DNA of 63,299 nt, counting the filler, from Octopus bimaculoides (Eukaryota): assembly GCF_001194135.2 (NCBI RefSeq). It is 6 parts of 5 records of this genome, joined end to end, with 100 filler letters (N's around TTAATTAATTAA, not from the genome) between each part and the next. Parts side by side here need not be neighbours in the genome. Positions count along the whole stretch, not along the records: positions 1 to 28,561 come from NC_068986.1; positions 28,662 to 40,192 come from NC_068986.1; 4 more parts are not named here. One strand, 5' to 3'. A model generated the notes under the pieces. The model was given only the letters and a program-made list of their open reading frames with translations, made no database searches and was not told where the DNA came from. The position numbers and the translations under genes were made by a program. Shown in pieces: positions 24,336 to 37,441 of the stretch. Position 1 is the stretch's first letter. Each line of letters begins with the position of its first letter.

Positions 24336-24789
24336 ACTTCAAAAATTATACTGAGGCGTTAGTTGTCCCCCTTGCCACCTGTTGCTTCCCTTGGTCCACT
24401 CTCTTTGTCACAAGAATTGATTACTTCACAATGTCTCTGGAAAAACTAATTTAAATAGCGAAAACTGGTTGGATATCAAAATATGTAAAAAAAATTTTAA
24501 TTCTTTATAAAAAGACATTAATCTATGTGAAACGAAGGTATTTTTTATCCAAATTTTATATATCTTTTCCACATATTTTCAACTCATGATTTTGACACGT
24601 GGTGTATACTGTCTGCTGTGTAATAACATTAGAATGAAATACTCCATTAATATTTCCTGCTGTCTGTGATGCTGTATTTCCAAGAAACAAACTCATATTT
24701 CAAAACTGTACGATTTTCAGACTTATCCATCTCCAAACATAAACAGCAAGAAACGATTTATAAATACACTATAAAGCGCAAAATGAGTT

Positions 24790-24913
24790 AGAATAAAGAC
24801 ATAGATGTGTCAGCTTTCTAACAAAAAATAAAGCCTATCAAAATGGCGCAAAATGAGCAGCTGTAAAATTTGCCAAATTACTTATAACAAATTTCATACT
24901 TGACGACTTAATA
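24790..24913. mobile_element. Mariner terminal fragment
   Basis: caaatttcatacttgacgacttaata matches the TIR at 59532-59557. Confidence 0.55.
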
Positions 24914-25084
24914 TTTGTATGTGCCTGTGTACATACGTACATGCACACCCATACTCATATATATGTATACAGAAATTTGACAAAATAGCGGAAACAATTT
25001 GTTACATACAAGGTCTGTCATTTAATAAAGAGTTGGTCCGGTTTCGGCATTAATTAGGGCTTCAAGACTCTGGGGAATTGACTT

Positions 25085-26005
25085 GTACATGTTATGTGCG
25101 GTTGTTAGAGGAATTGTGAGCCATTATCCAAGTAAAATCTGCTTTAACTCTTTCAGTGACGATGGCGATGATGGGTGACTCCTGACTTGCCACTCCAAAT
25201 TGAACCACCATTTAAAAATTATATTGAGAATCGGTGACTGTGAGGGCCAAGTCAAGTGGGCTTCTTCACCTTTGTGCTCTTCGCACCAATTTAGAATAAC
25301 ATCACCCATACATATCGGTGCATTGTCGTCATGGAAGTTTGCGCTATTAACAAGGAACAATGTTTGTATTATTGTTAAATGGCCCATATACTCCAATAAC
25401 ACTTGGTATTAACGCTACCTACAAAGAACGACTAACTGATCAAGAGAATCTCGTTCTAAGGCTGTGCAAATCGTCACTGAGCCACCGCCATGCTTCAGGT
25501 TGGGGTCCAAACAGTCAAGGTTAAATGATTCTTTGGGTGTCACCAGACATAAATACGCCCTAAGGAGGAATAAAAGGCGAGTGACGATTCATCACAATGA
25601 TGGTATTGTTCCATTGCGAATTTTTTATAGTCTAGATGCCAATTTTCCCGCTATTCAATATTGATGGGTTCAGAAGTGATTTAGCGAATGCAGCCTTTAC
25701 GGAAAAACAAACGGTTTCGTTTGACACAGGGATGGTGCTGGTTTAGCTCTGCTATCACTTCTGCTACAGTAGCTTGATTGTTTTAGACACAATACGTTTC
25801 ACTATTTACCAGTCAATACGTGTAATCTTTGACTTCCATCCAGAATTATGCTTGTCAGACTTTGTTTTGACTTGGTTTCGAAATCAAACTTGATTTTTGA
25901 GACGTTTTCTCTCGAAACACTAAATAATTGGCAGTTTTAGTGACAGGAGTTCCAGCTATCCGTGCTTCAAATATTTTTCTCTTTAGAAATGAAATACTTC
26001 ACTCA
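25085..26005 (-). mobile_element. Decayed Tc1-like transposase
   Basis: N-terminal ..FEARIAGTPVTKTA..FSVSR; C-terminal FHDDNAPI..WPSQSPILNII..PSSLKELKQIL. Confidence 0.8.
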
Positions 26006-26270
26006 TTTTAACTTATTTATATATACATTATCTGCAGAAATAGAAAGGCATAACCCTGTATCATGATGTATACAACTTCCAAAATGTATATAAATACTTA
26101 TGTATAGACTAGAACAGTTTCGAATTTGTCATGTTAGAAATGAAAAGATATTTAAAGGAACAGTAACGTTTCCATCATTTCATCGAAATTCTCTAAATAA
26201 TTGTATGTCTATGTACACACACATGACACATATACACACACGCATGTATAATATAGATCTTTGAGTGTGG

Positions 26271-26313
<43 letters not shown>

Positions 26314-26796
26314 CATTACTCATAGTGAATTTGAAATATATGTCTGATATTGTTATCCTTAGATATAACATGTTTTAATATATCAAACCCTCGTATTTCC
26401 AGATCGCAATAATGTTGTCGTAAGCGGCAGCAGTCTACAAGGACTATGTAATCTAATATTTTACTGTATTTTAAAACACATGCAATAAAAATAACAAAAG
26501 CAACTCACAATTGATACGTTTATCAGAAATGTATATTTGTTGACATTCAAAGAGAGAGAACGACTTCTGGTACAGAGAACGCAGAACTGTAGGAAGCCTT
26601 AAGAGAGAGAAAAGTTCAAATATTTGCATTTGTGGCATTCTAGAGTATTTTTGGAATATATCAGTAGCTATGATCCCAGACATAGCTCCCTAACAAATCA
26701 GTAACATTTCAATACTGAGCCTGTCAATTCTTTTGCAATTTTTAAGGTATACGCGGGTAACTGGAAAGAAGTATACTATTCTGCTTTTACAACTTA

Positions 26797-27351
26797 TACT
26801 CTTTTACTTGTTTCAGTCCTTTGACTGCAGCCATGCTGGAGCACCGCCTTTAGTCGAGGAAATCGACCCCAGGACTTATTCTTTGTAAGCCTAGTACTTA
26901 TTCTATCGGTCTCTTTTTGCCGAACCGCTAAGTTACGGGGACGTAAACACACCAACATCGGTTGTCAAGCGATGGTGGGGGGACAAATACAGACACACAA
27001 ACACACACACACACACACACANNNNNNNNNNNNNNNNNNNNNNNNNNNNNNNNNNNNNNNNNNNNNNNNNNNNNNNNNNNNNNNNNNNNNNNNNNNNNNN
27101 NNNNNNNNNNNNNNNNNNNNNNNNNNNNNNNNNNNNNNNNNNNNNNNNNNNNNNNNNNNNNNNNNNNNNNNNNNNNCATACATATATACGACGCGCTTCT
27201 TTCAGTTTCCGTCTACCAAATCCACTCACAAGGCTTTGGTCGGCCCGAGGCTATAGTAGAAGACACTTGCCCAAAGTTCCACGCAGTGGGACTGAACCTG
27301 GAACCATGTGGTTGGTAAGCAAGCTACTTACCACACAGCCACTCCTGCGCC
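26797..27351 (-). mobile_element. SINE family A, full length, with an internal microsatellite and gap
   Basis: tRNA-like head ggcgcaggagtggctgtgtggtaag..ggttcagtccc, internal (TG)n, tail aaaagagt. Confidence 0.92.
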
Positions 27352-28699
27352 TATAGTTAACTTGATAATCATATCGATTACTATACACCAGAAAAAGACT
27401 ACATAAATTGTATAAGAGTAAAAAGGTTTATTCATGGCAGCTTTAGCTTAAAAGTTTCATTTCTCGTTAAGAGGATGTTCGTAGCAGATACAAACGTTTT
27501 TCCTCCCATTCAATATACACGCGAACATGACAATTGTACATTAGCGTATAATATATTCAAAGAAGTCTTTTAAGGCAAAGGAAAGAGAAAAATATTGCTT
27601 ATATGGGTAAATCTTGTTCGCATTGGTAATGTATATTTGCAGTATATAAATGTCCCTAGCCTCAAAATTTACTTTGAATTTACTTCTTTTTTTCTTTACA
27701 TTCAGGCAGTGATACCATCTGAAAAATTGTTGTAACAATTCTGTAAATATCTTCATTTAGTGGTGCGGGTTAAAAGGTGATAAATGAATTATACATAATC
27801 TGACACGAGAGGTAATATTACGTCCCATACATCTAAGATTCTAAACGTAAAAAGGTTACGTGAAATAAGCACGTAACACTTTTGGCATTTCGTAGTGTGA
27901 GTGAAAAAGTAATAGATAAAGTATACATGACCTGACACGAGAGGTAGTTTTGTATCCCATATGTCTAAGATTCTATGCACAAACCACTTTTGGCAGTCCT
28001 TATTTGCATGTGAAGTAGCATTTACTACATAACATAGTCCTTACAATAATGTATCCTGGTGATAATATTCGTTAATACTTATGGAAAACGTATGTAAAGT
28101 GCAACTTAGGTAAAATATATCATACTAGGATGTGGCACAATATCTATTCTTGCTTTATTTTGTGTATGCAGATGTAAAACAGTAATTTTGTTCACAAAAT
28201 AGATAATATTTATGTTCTACTTCATTGAGTGAGAAATTAGTGTGCAAGGCTAAGTTGTGAAATCTTCATTATTAACTAAAATATAGCCCTAGGATGACCA
28301 TAATCCCATGAGTAAAATTGCAAAAGAAATACAAAATAAAACAAGAATGTAAAATATAATACAAAATGGATGTAATATAATTGCTGACGTAAGTGTTTAG
28401 ATTTGAATAAAATAGATACTATTCTAATATACACTAAATAGATTTCCGTATACAATATGTAATATTTCCATACTATACTCGAAAAGATGATTTAATACAT
28501 TTTAGTTTTTATGTATGAATACAGGCATGTACGTGTATGCATGCATATATATATATATATANNNNNNNNNNNNNNNNNNNNNNNNNNNNNNNNNNNNNNN
28601 NNNNNTTAATTAATTAANNNNNNNNNNNNNNNNNNNNNNNNNNNNNNNNNNNNNNNNNNNNTATATATATATATATTTGTGTGTGTGTGTGTGTGTAGT

Positions 28700-29240
28700 T
28701 GAAATTTACAGAAAAGCAAAATACGAAGGCAGTTGTATAAACAAGCAGGTGTATTAGTTTGATGCTAGAGAATTTGAGAAAGTCTTTTAGGTTTCGAGCC
28801 TACGCTCTTCAACAGAAAGAAACACGAGGAAGTAAACAGAGAAATATTGGAGGCGAATTAGAAGCAATATGTTACCGTTGAGTCCTTGATGGAGAGATGC
28901 AAGCTGACGGCTCTGACCAGACCAGAAGTATGCAGATTGATTAAGGAGATGGCACCATTAAAAAGAGCAATATACGGAGATCGATGAAGAATTTTAACGA
29001 CAACACCCGGCATTGAATTGAAGCCATGCTGTGGGAGAATCTCAATTGCCACGACTACTAAGAATCTCCAGCAAGTGAACTGATTAATTCGCCTCAGCAT
29101 GCGAGTCAGATATCGTGAACCTGCAGCATATTAGATTACAGAAGGGCAAAACCTTTCGGTATGAAAGCATGTGCAGAGTGAGTACCTGAATAGTTAACAT
29201 CCGATCTGAAGAGAAGGGAAGTCTGCTCTGATCGGCCGAA
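28700..29240. repeat. Penelope-terminus-like segments with two hammerhead-like motifs in divergent orientation
   Basis: TTGAAGA-GC-gtag-GCTC-GAAAC on - (28791-28815); ccgat-CTGAAGA..CTC-tg-atcgg on + (29201-29235). Confidence 0.35.
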
Positions 29241-29899
29241 CTTCTTTCAATATATATATATATATATGTATATATATACATATATATTATAGAGAAATTG
29301 TACACGTTGTATAAATGCATGATGAGTAAAGCATCGGCACGTATCAAATAAAGATCATGATATCTTGATTACACCGTATTTAGCAACGATACAGGATGTT
29401 TAGGACGATGTATTTACAATTATGCATGACTTATGTATACATGATATGATAAATATATAATTGTATTCTATGTGCAATTAAGTTTGTGGATTCTTGCAAG
29501 TTCGCATTTGTTCAGTTAGAGTGGACTTGTCATTTCTGTCGATAAAGTGTTGGATGTCATGATCGTAGTAGAAGTAAATGCATTACTGCTTGCATCAACG
29601 AACCACAAAATGTCATCTTGTAGTCATGAACCATTTAATTTATATCCAAAAATCATCTACTCTACTGATACACAGCTGCCATTGTGATCTTGAATATTTC
29701 GATATATTCCAGGTTTTGGTTTTAATATCTCTTTACTGTATTCTCATTTATTATTCTTTGGATAATATTGTGAATGAAATACATATTTATAGATTATGTG
29801 CCTATAATTGGTAGTTATCCATTTATGATATTTTCTGAATTTTACCCTGGATCTCATATGTTAAGCAGGGTTTCCATCCTGTCACCGAAATTACAAGTT

Positions 29900-32800
29900 G
29901 CTGAATTCTTTCGATTTTTGAGGTAGTAGACTAAATGTCAACACGGGAAAATGGTTTACCTTTTGTCTTCCGATTTCCTGTTGACACCAGCCAAGCATGA
30001 GAAATACTGAAATTACATATTACCAAGGAAACCGGGTGGAGTCTGTTTTGAAGATGCGGTGAATATTCTATGAAAGATTTTCAGCTCAAAAATTTCTTTA
30101 TTTAATACGTGCTGTCAATGCATGAATATTACAAAGAGGACGAAGATTTTATTACATACTCTGGAATAGTTAATAGGGAATGCAAGAGATTTAAAATTTA
30201 TAAACACCAGATATGATTAAATGCTTAATTTTCTTGCAAGGTTTAAGGACAAAAGAAAGATACGGAAATTCGTACCGAATTCTGACTAAATTAGATCAGA
30301 ATCAGAAGCTAACATCATACGAAACATCTGAGGAATGCCACAGAATAATAAACTTAATGCACGATACGAAACAAATTGAAATGAGAAAGTGCTCTCATAT
30401 ACAGTCGGTGTGACCGACAGTAAGAAATGATAAGCAGAAAATTAACCCAGATATGGTGAGTTGTACTACAGGTTCAACTGTCCTTATAAAAGTTGAAAAT
30501 GCTTCAAGTGTTGAAAGATACGTCATAAAAAATCAAACTGTAAAGCAAAACATAGAAAACGGTTCAACAGAAAAAAAAAAATAATGTAAACAGTTCATCA
30601 GCGACAAGAAATACAAACGAAACTCAAAAGTAATTTGTGTATTACAGGTAGTTATATTACTGTAATTAATGAAAGCATATGTAAAAGAATCGGGATTCCA
30701 CGTAGAGTCTCGGGGACTGAATTAAGTTTTAAAGGTGAAATTATCTGTAACTTTACATTTCGCTGCAAGACTATGAAAGCGAAAGCTTATATACTCTTTT
30801 ACTCTTTTACTTGATTCAGTCATTTGACTGTGGCCATGCTGGAGCACCGCCTTTATTCGAGCAAATCGACTCCAGGACTTATTCTTTGTAAGCCTAGTAC
30901 TTATTTTGTCGGTCTCTTTTGCCGAACCGCCAAGTTACAGAGATGTAAATACACCAGTATCGGTTGTCAAGCGATGTGGGGGGGGGGCNNNNNNNNNNNN
31001 NNNNNNNNNNNNNNNNNNNNNNNNNNNNNNNNNNNNNNNNNNNNNNNNNNNNNNNNNNNNNNNNNNNNNNNNNNNNNNNNNNNNNNNNNNNNNNNNNNNN
31101 NNNNNNNNNNNNNNNNNNNNNNNNNNNNNNNNNNNNNNNNNNNNNNNNNNNNNNNNNNNNNNNNNNNNNNNNNNNNNNNNNNNNNNNNNNNNNNNNNNNN
31201 NNNNNNNNNNNNNNNNNNNNNNNNGGGCAAGCTACTTACCACACAGCCACTCCTGCGCCTATATATTAATAAATACAAGATACTTTTTGAAACTGACTTG
31301 TTGGAATTGTTTGACTTATGGGATTTACTCATAAATATTTTTTGCAAAAATGAAATGGAGTTGTGCGCCAATTCAAATACAGGATCAGAAATGTTTGGAA
31401 AAGAAGTGTTGTTTTTTTTTTCGGTTGAGTTGGGTTCAGTGCAATAAATTTAAAGCAAAATGTCAGGTAAAAGAAAATTCATTACCAGTTTTCAAACCCA
31501 AACGTAATGTACCGTTTGCAGCACTGGAAGAAGTGAATAAAGAATCAGAGAGATTGGAAAAAGTGGGAGTGTTGAAAAAGATTGAGTATTCAGATTGGAC
31601 GTCTACAACAGTGTATGTAAAAAGGAAGTAGAATAAAATTCATGTATGTGCAAATTTCTCGACGGGAATGAAGGAATATTTATGACAGTATAACAACCAA
31701 TTATCCAGCCCAGAGGAAAATCTTCTCAAAATTAGATCTTTCTGATGCTTACATACAAATACAATTAGAACATGACTGTACGAAACTGCTAACAATTAAT
31801 TCTCAGAAAGGTCTGAACAAATTTAAACAGTTCCTGAATGGCATAAAAGTTTCAACAAGTGATATATGCGATACTTGCAGATTGTGACTTTCAACTGGCC
31901 TGCCTGGATGTTATATTAATTAAAAGTTAATCCCATGGTCGGGAAGTCGAGCATGTGAAATGTGTTTTTGAAAAAGGAAGTCACTGTGGTTTCAAACTAG
32001 ATGATGAGAAATGTGAATTTTTCTTGCCTAAATTTAACTACTTAGGACAAATTATTGATATAAATGGTCATCGACCAGATCCGCCGAGGACAGATGCGAT
32101 TAAAAATTATGACCCCCTACGATAAATGTATATACGTTAGAAGCATTTTGGGGACTTGCAAACTATTATCAAATTTATATACCAAATATGCACAAGGTAA
32201 GAAAGAGCTCCACTAAATAATTTACTAAAAAACACGTAAAGTGCAATTGGTCTGAAAATTGTCAGATGGAGTCGACGAAATTAAAAAGATATTAGCGTTA
32301 GATTTTTCTTTAGCACATTTCGATCCTGCATTGGAAATTGTATTAGCTTCAGATGCCAGTAAGTACGGTATCGAAGGCCGTGGCCCATGGTTCGCGCTTT
32401 CTGCTGTTAGCAGAGGGAAATTGCAACCAAATTGAAAAATAGGTTCTAGCAATTATTTTCGCAGTAAAAAAATTTCAATGATACTTAAACGGTAGACGTT
32501 TTTGACTACAAACTGACCATTGTCAGTTATTATTTATGCATATTGATCGAAGAAAGGAATTTCTACAGATCCTGCTAATAAGTTGCAACGTTGGGGACTA
32601 TATTACTAAATTACGATTTTTAAATGAAGTTTATGCCATCTAAGAAATTAGGACACGCTGATTGTTTATCAAGATTGATACAAAGAATACTGCACTGTTT
32701 GAGGATACCATGAGTGCAGTGTTGTGAGCAGAAAAAGAAGTTTAAAATATTCTTGTACGAGAAATACCAGTTACATTAGAAGGAATCGAACTAAAATCGA

Positions 32801-34261
32801 GAAATGATAAATTTATTTTTAAAAATGAAAGGAATGGTGATTGCTGAAAAAGGAAATATAAATATGCAAAACGCAACACGAATTCGAACCTGTTCTCAAT
32901 TTGCAATTATGTGCTAATGTACGCACAAAGAGCGATAGTGTCAGCCACACTACAGGAACGAATACAAAAATAATTTCACATTGATCAGCCAAAGATTTCA
33001 AGAATGAAATCGTTGATGAGTAGCTATGTGCATTGGTCTAGAATGGACCGAGAGTTTGAAGAATGGACCGAGAGTTTGAAGAATTAGTGGAAGCATGCAG
33101 AAGCTGTGCCCCAGCGGCAAAATTACCTGCCACAAAATGGCAACCGATATCCCAAAAACAGATATCCTATGGTCGAGACTGCATGTTGATTTCGCAGGTC
33201 CACTAACGGTTAACATTACTTTGTTGTGGTAGACAGTGTGCTAAGTGGCTTAAAATACATAAGTCTAAGTAAACCGACATTCCCGTTTACAGGTAACACT
33301 GGAACTCAGTTTACTGCAGATTAATTCAAAAAATTACGTCAAATGTTCACTATTAAACATGTGACCACTCCGCTGTATCATCCTAAGTCAAATGGACAAG
33401 CAAAAGGTTTTGTCGATACATTGAAGAGGGCTTTAAAAAAGTGAACAACAAAATAACGGACGACCTAGCACTTCAACAGCTTTTGAGGATATATCGAGCG
33501 ACACCAAATCCCAATACCCCGTCTGGAACGTCACCAGCGGAATTACTGTTCGTTAGGAAGATTAGATCTGTGTTCAATAAGTTGTTACTGGGTGAAAAAA
33601 GAAAAATATCGGACAACGAATATCATAAAAACTTTTCAAAATTGGTGACAAATGTTTCTTTAAAATGTGTAAAAACGGTAGAGAAATGTGGAAAGACAGA
33701 CTGATTACTAAACAGCTTGCGAAAGTGTCATTTTTGGTTAAAGGTCACAAGTACGAGCATAAGAGATATATAAATCTCTAAAAACAAAGGTTTACTGAGG
33801 AAACGGTCACAAGAAACGAAATTCTGGTGGAAGGCATTTATGATACATTCGATGTACCAACACATAAATAAATTGTTGAAACTATACGTTCAAGTACGAG
33901 AAAAAGAAAACGAAAAATGCACTGAAAGTAAACCCGCAAAAGATATTAAGCTCCAAGTGGAGTCAGATTCTCAAAAATGGAAGACGTTATGAGAGTATCT
34001 TGAACCCCCCCACGTGACTGAAGGTGGACTAACCGACTACACTAAATAAGATTTGATTGAACTGTCAAGAGCGCAGTTGCCGGTGTTAGCTCGACGTGTG
34101 TTGAACGGTTAATACTGAGGATCGTACCAACGTTCCAGTAGTACCGAGTGCGTTCTGTGTTGACATATGTTTCTGCGATAGGTTATTTTTAGATAACGAA
34201 AACCAACTATCTATTTGTGTAATAACATTTTACACCAGACGTATATACTAACACCACAACA
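29900..34261 (+). mobile_element. Decayed Ty3/Gypsy LTR retrotransposon (gag-PR-RT-RH-IN and one LTR)
   Basis: gag MIKCLIFLQGL..ILTKLDQNQKL..EECHRIINL; protease TGSYITVINESI; RT PVFKPKRNVPFA..IEYSDW; RH ASDASKYG; IN HVDFAGP, GTQF, HPKSNGQA. Purine tract followed by a putative LTR at ~33986-34261 ending accacaaca. Confidence 0.88.
30791..31259 (-). mobile_element. SINE family A nested in the Gypsy protease region
   Basis: Near identical to 26797-27351 on both sides of the gap. Confidence 0.92.
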
Positions 34262-34269
34262 CTGTGTAA

Positions 34270-35035
34270 TCTGGTGGACGACTGATAGATAAGGATGACA
34301 GTCGGCATCGTAGAGCAGAAAAAATGGTTGCGATTGTGCAAAAGCGAAACTGCTCCACTATCAGCAATTCCAACTTGGTTAATCCAGTCAGCGTCAGTGA
34401 AACAACCACCCAGCACACCGTATCTGATATATAATTTGGCGCCTCGGATATCATGGCATCTATCAACATTATTCCAAAGAACTCAGCTGCAGGCCCCGAC
34501 AGTTTCCCTGCTAGAATCCTGAAGTCCTGCCAACATTAACTGGCATACCCTTTAATTATTATTTCGAGGAAACCACTGCACACTGGCCATAATTCCGAAA
34601 TTTTTTATCCCATTCGACTGTCCTAGTCTTTAAATGGGTAACAAATCAGAGGAACTTAATTATCGACCGACGTCACCTCTCTAATCGTTAATTTATGTGA
34701 AAGTGTTGAGACCTCGACTAACTAACTTCCTAGAAAGCAATAGACTAATTGTTCCCAATTAGCATGGTTTCTGAAATGGCAAGGACTACCTAACACAGCT
34801 CCTTCAGCAATTTGATGATGTCCTAAAGGCTATGGGGGCGGGCTTCAACTCATTCAATCTGGACTACAGCAATACCTTCGACAATGGTTGACAACAGTAA
34901 CCGAAAAGACACTATCGAACATTGGAGTCCAAAGGAAGCTATTCAAGTGGACTGAATGTTTTAGGTGGTGATAAAGGCTGTTCGATCAAGCTCGGCAAAT
35001 TATCAGTGGAGTCTCACAAGGCACTGCACTGGGTT
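34270..35035 (+). mobile_element. CR1/Jockey-group LINE RT fragment
   Basis: NSAAGPDSFPARILK, NYRP, HGFxNGxDxLTQLLQ, LDYSNTFD and SGVSQGTALG. Confidence 0.8.
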
Positions 35036-35069
35036 TAAATATTTTAGCTTAACGTGTAGATATCATACG

Positions 35070-35270
35070 GGCTGTCACAAAAGCTATAATAAAGTTTGAA
35101 ATACTGGATAAGGAAAGATAGAACAGATGAGTTTGACATGATTATGGGCTCCAGCTATTCCGCTCCGTTAACTGATGTTGTGGGAATTTATATTTTAAAA
35201 TGTTTTAATAACGAATTTTTAGAACTAGAGGATTATATAGGGACGATGCCCTTTTTATCGAATATAGAGC
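35070..35270 (+). mobile_element. Penelope-like RT fragment
   Basis: EFDMIMGSSYSAPLTDVVGIYIL followed by frameshifted GLYRDD (cf. [28 protein letters not shown]). Confidence 0.65.
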
Positions 35271-35708
35271 TAAGTAGTTTATATATAGATACTAATTCTA
35301 CCAAATAGACTACCAAGAGGAATAACATAATCACCGCTTCCAAGCTAAAAGTCCCAATATTATCAGCTTAACATGTATTATTATCATCACCACAGTTATC
35401 AACAACATCAGTCACTGCTAAGACTATTAATCACCGCCACAAATCACCACCAATCACCGACCCACAAATCACCACCAACAGCAAGAGAGCAAAACAAGAA
35501 TACTAACCGATAATGGATGGTTAACCTCCAACTGATCTCTAGATTTTTTTTTTTAATTAAATTAATGTCTGTGTCTCTAACAGCGAACAATGAATTAAAC
35601 ATGATTAATGAAACAACAACAAACATTAACTGAAAGACATTACATTTCTTTCCAAATAGTCAGATTTCACATCTGCAATATACGTGATATATATCTGTGT
35701 GTGTACGC

Positions 35709-35760
<52 letters not shown>

Positions 35761-37004
35761 NNNNNNNNNNTGTGTGTGTATATATATCCATACATACATA
35801 TATACACTTACGCACCGCACGCGCGTACACACACACATATATATATGAACATTACGGGGTGTCTCCTCTAATCTCTTTACATGTCTCAGCCAAAAAAATA
35901 TCACATTAGATATACATATGCGACTCTTAAATTGATCCACTACTTTCTAAATTGATTGCCACGTATGACGTGTTCGCTGAGATTTATTTTCATGTTATGT
36001 CGTCTGATTTCTTTTTTCCCTTAATTGTATAGAGCGCCGCTGGTTATAGTGTCCATACAGGTGATTTTCTTTTTCACTGCATGCTGTCAGTGATTCTTAA
36101 ATTGGAGTACCTTCACAACTAGTGTAGAATAAGTATCGTAAAGTGTTTTCTGTTCAAACATTGTGAATGTAACAGGCATTTTTCTTGCTGATGTGTTCAT
36201 CTTGGACGGATGCACACAGACACATAAAGGAACATAGACGAAGGGGCATATATATGTGTGTATTTGTATGAATGTGAGCGTGTACATACTAGATAAGCTG
36301 CAGCGAGGCATGACTAGAAACCAAGTCAGACCGATATGTATATTCTTAGAGTTTTATTCTACTAAATATATTGAATATTTTCAACAGTAAATACATGTTT
36401 ATAACTTTATAACTTTATATTTTCATGCTCACAGAAATACACATTAGGGTACGTATGTATGTATCTTTGTATATAAATTTAGTTAAGCGTAGGTTTCGAT
36501 CAGAATTGACCTAAGTACAACCAATTTATTAGCTCTCCCTGTAGTTCTTTAATACACATTCTTTGACACGATAGCTCACTGGTGTCAGCATGCTTTACTA
36601 CATAAATTGTATCTTTCTGGTTTGTCTGGTATGGCTCTTAGGTTTTCTTCAGGTGCCGTTTGATTTGTGATAATGGTGAATACAGAAGTTTTAAATGATA
36701 TGAAACAAAACTAGTAGAATTTTTTATACAACACAAATTCCACTTTTGTAGAAAGACATATTATACGATCTCAACACATTCTAGCCTTTAAACCTGTTGC
36801 TAAGTTCTTGTGGTATATTGTCCACAGAGAACAAATGAAATAATGTTTAGGGTAATTTTTAGTGTTTCGAAGTAATCCTACTCATATAATTGAAGCATTT
36901 TTATGCGTATTATTAGCTATTACTTTATTACTTTTGTTCGTCTTTCTATATTGTTTCTATTTCTTGCCTAGTGTCTTCCCGACACTTAGGATAAAGACAT
37001 TCAC

Positions 37005-37005
37005 T

Positions 37006-37049
<44 letters not shown>

Positions 37050-37082
37050 GTTGTTGTTGTTATCATTATTATTATTATTATT

Positions 37083-37148
<66 letters not shown>

Positions 37149-37160
37149 ATTATTATTATG
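37005..37160. repeat. (TTA)n/(TTG)n microsatellite
   Basis: Direct; source of the poly-Leu ORF at 36862-37299. Confidence 0.95.
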
Positions 37161-37406
37161 TTGTTGTCTTTTTTACTTCTTTCTTCAAATTTTCTTCCAT
37201 TTCTCGCCGAGTGTTTTCCGTACGCCTAGGGCAGAGAAACTCATTGTATGCATTCCCAGTTTACGTACGCAAATTCACAGGCAAAATATTTATTTTTAAA
37301 AAAGATTAATAAATAAAATAAAAATTCATGAATAGATGTTGTTTTCACAGCGATAATGCTCTTCTCAGTATATGAGTCGTTCCAGTTAATACGATCATCA
37401 TCATCA

Positions 37407-37441
<35 letters not shown>

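Noticed and set aside
27706-27776. Exon after a strong acceptor (ttctttacattcag)
   Set aside because: All three frames stop within ten codons and there is no good nearby donor.
28562-28661. TTAATTAATTAA palindrome inside N-runs (also at 40237, 48195, 54262 and 61916)
   Set aside because: Where counted (28562-28661, 40193-40292) the pattern is 44 N + 12 nt + 44 N = 100, and the 12-mer has stops in all six frames. It is a scaffolding placeholder for unsized gaps, not biology. Distance and orientation across these gaps are uncertain.
36862-37299. Poly-Leu membrane-like ORF, and similar poly-Y/N/I/HT/CV ORFs throughout
   Set aside because: These are translations of trinucleotide and dinucleotide microsatellites.
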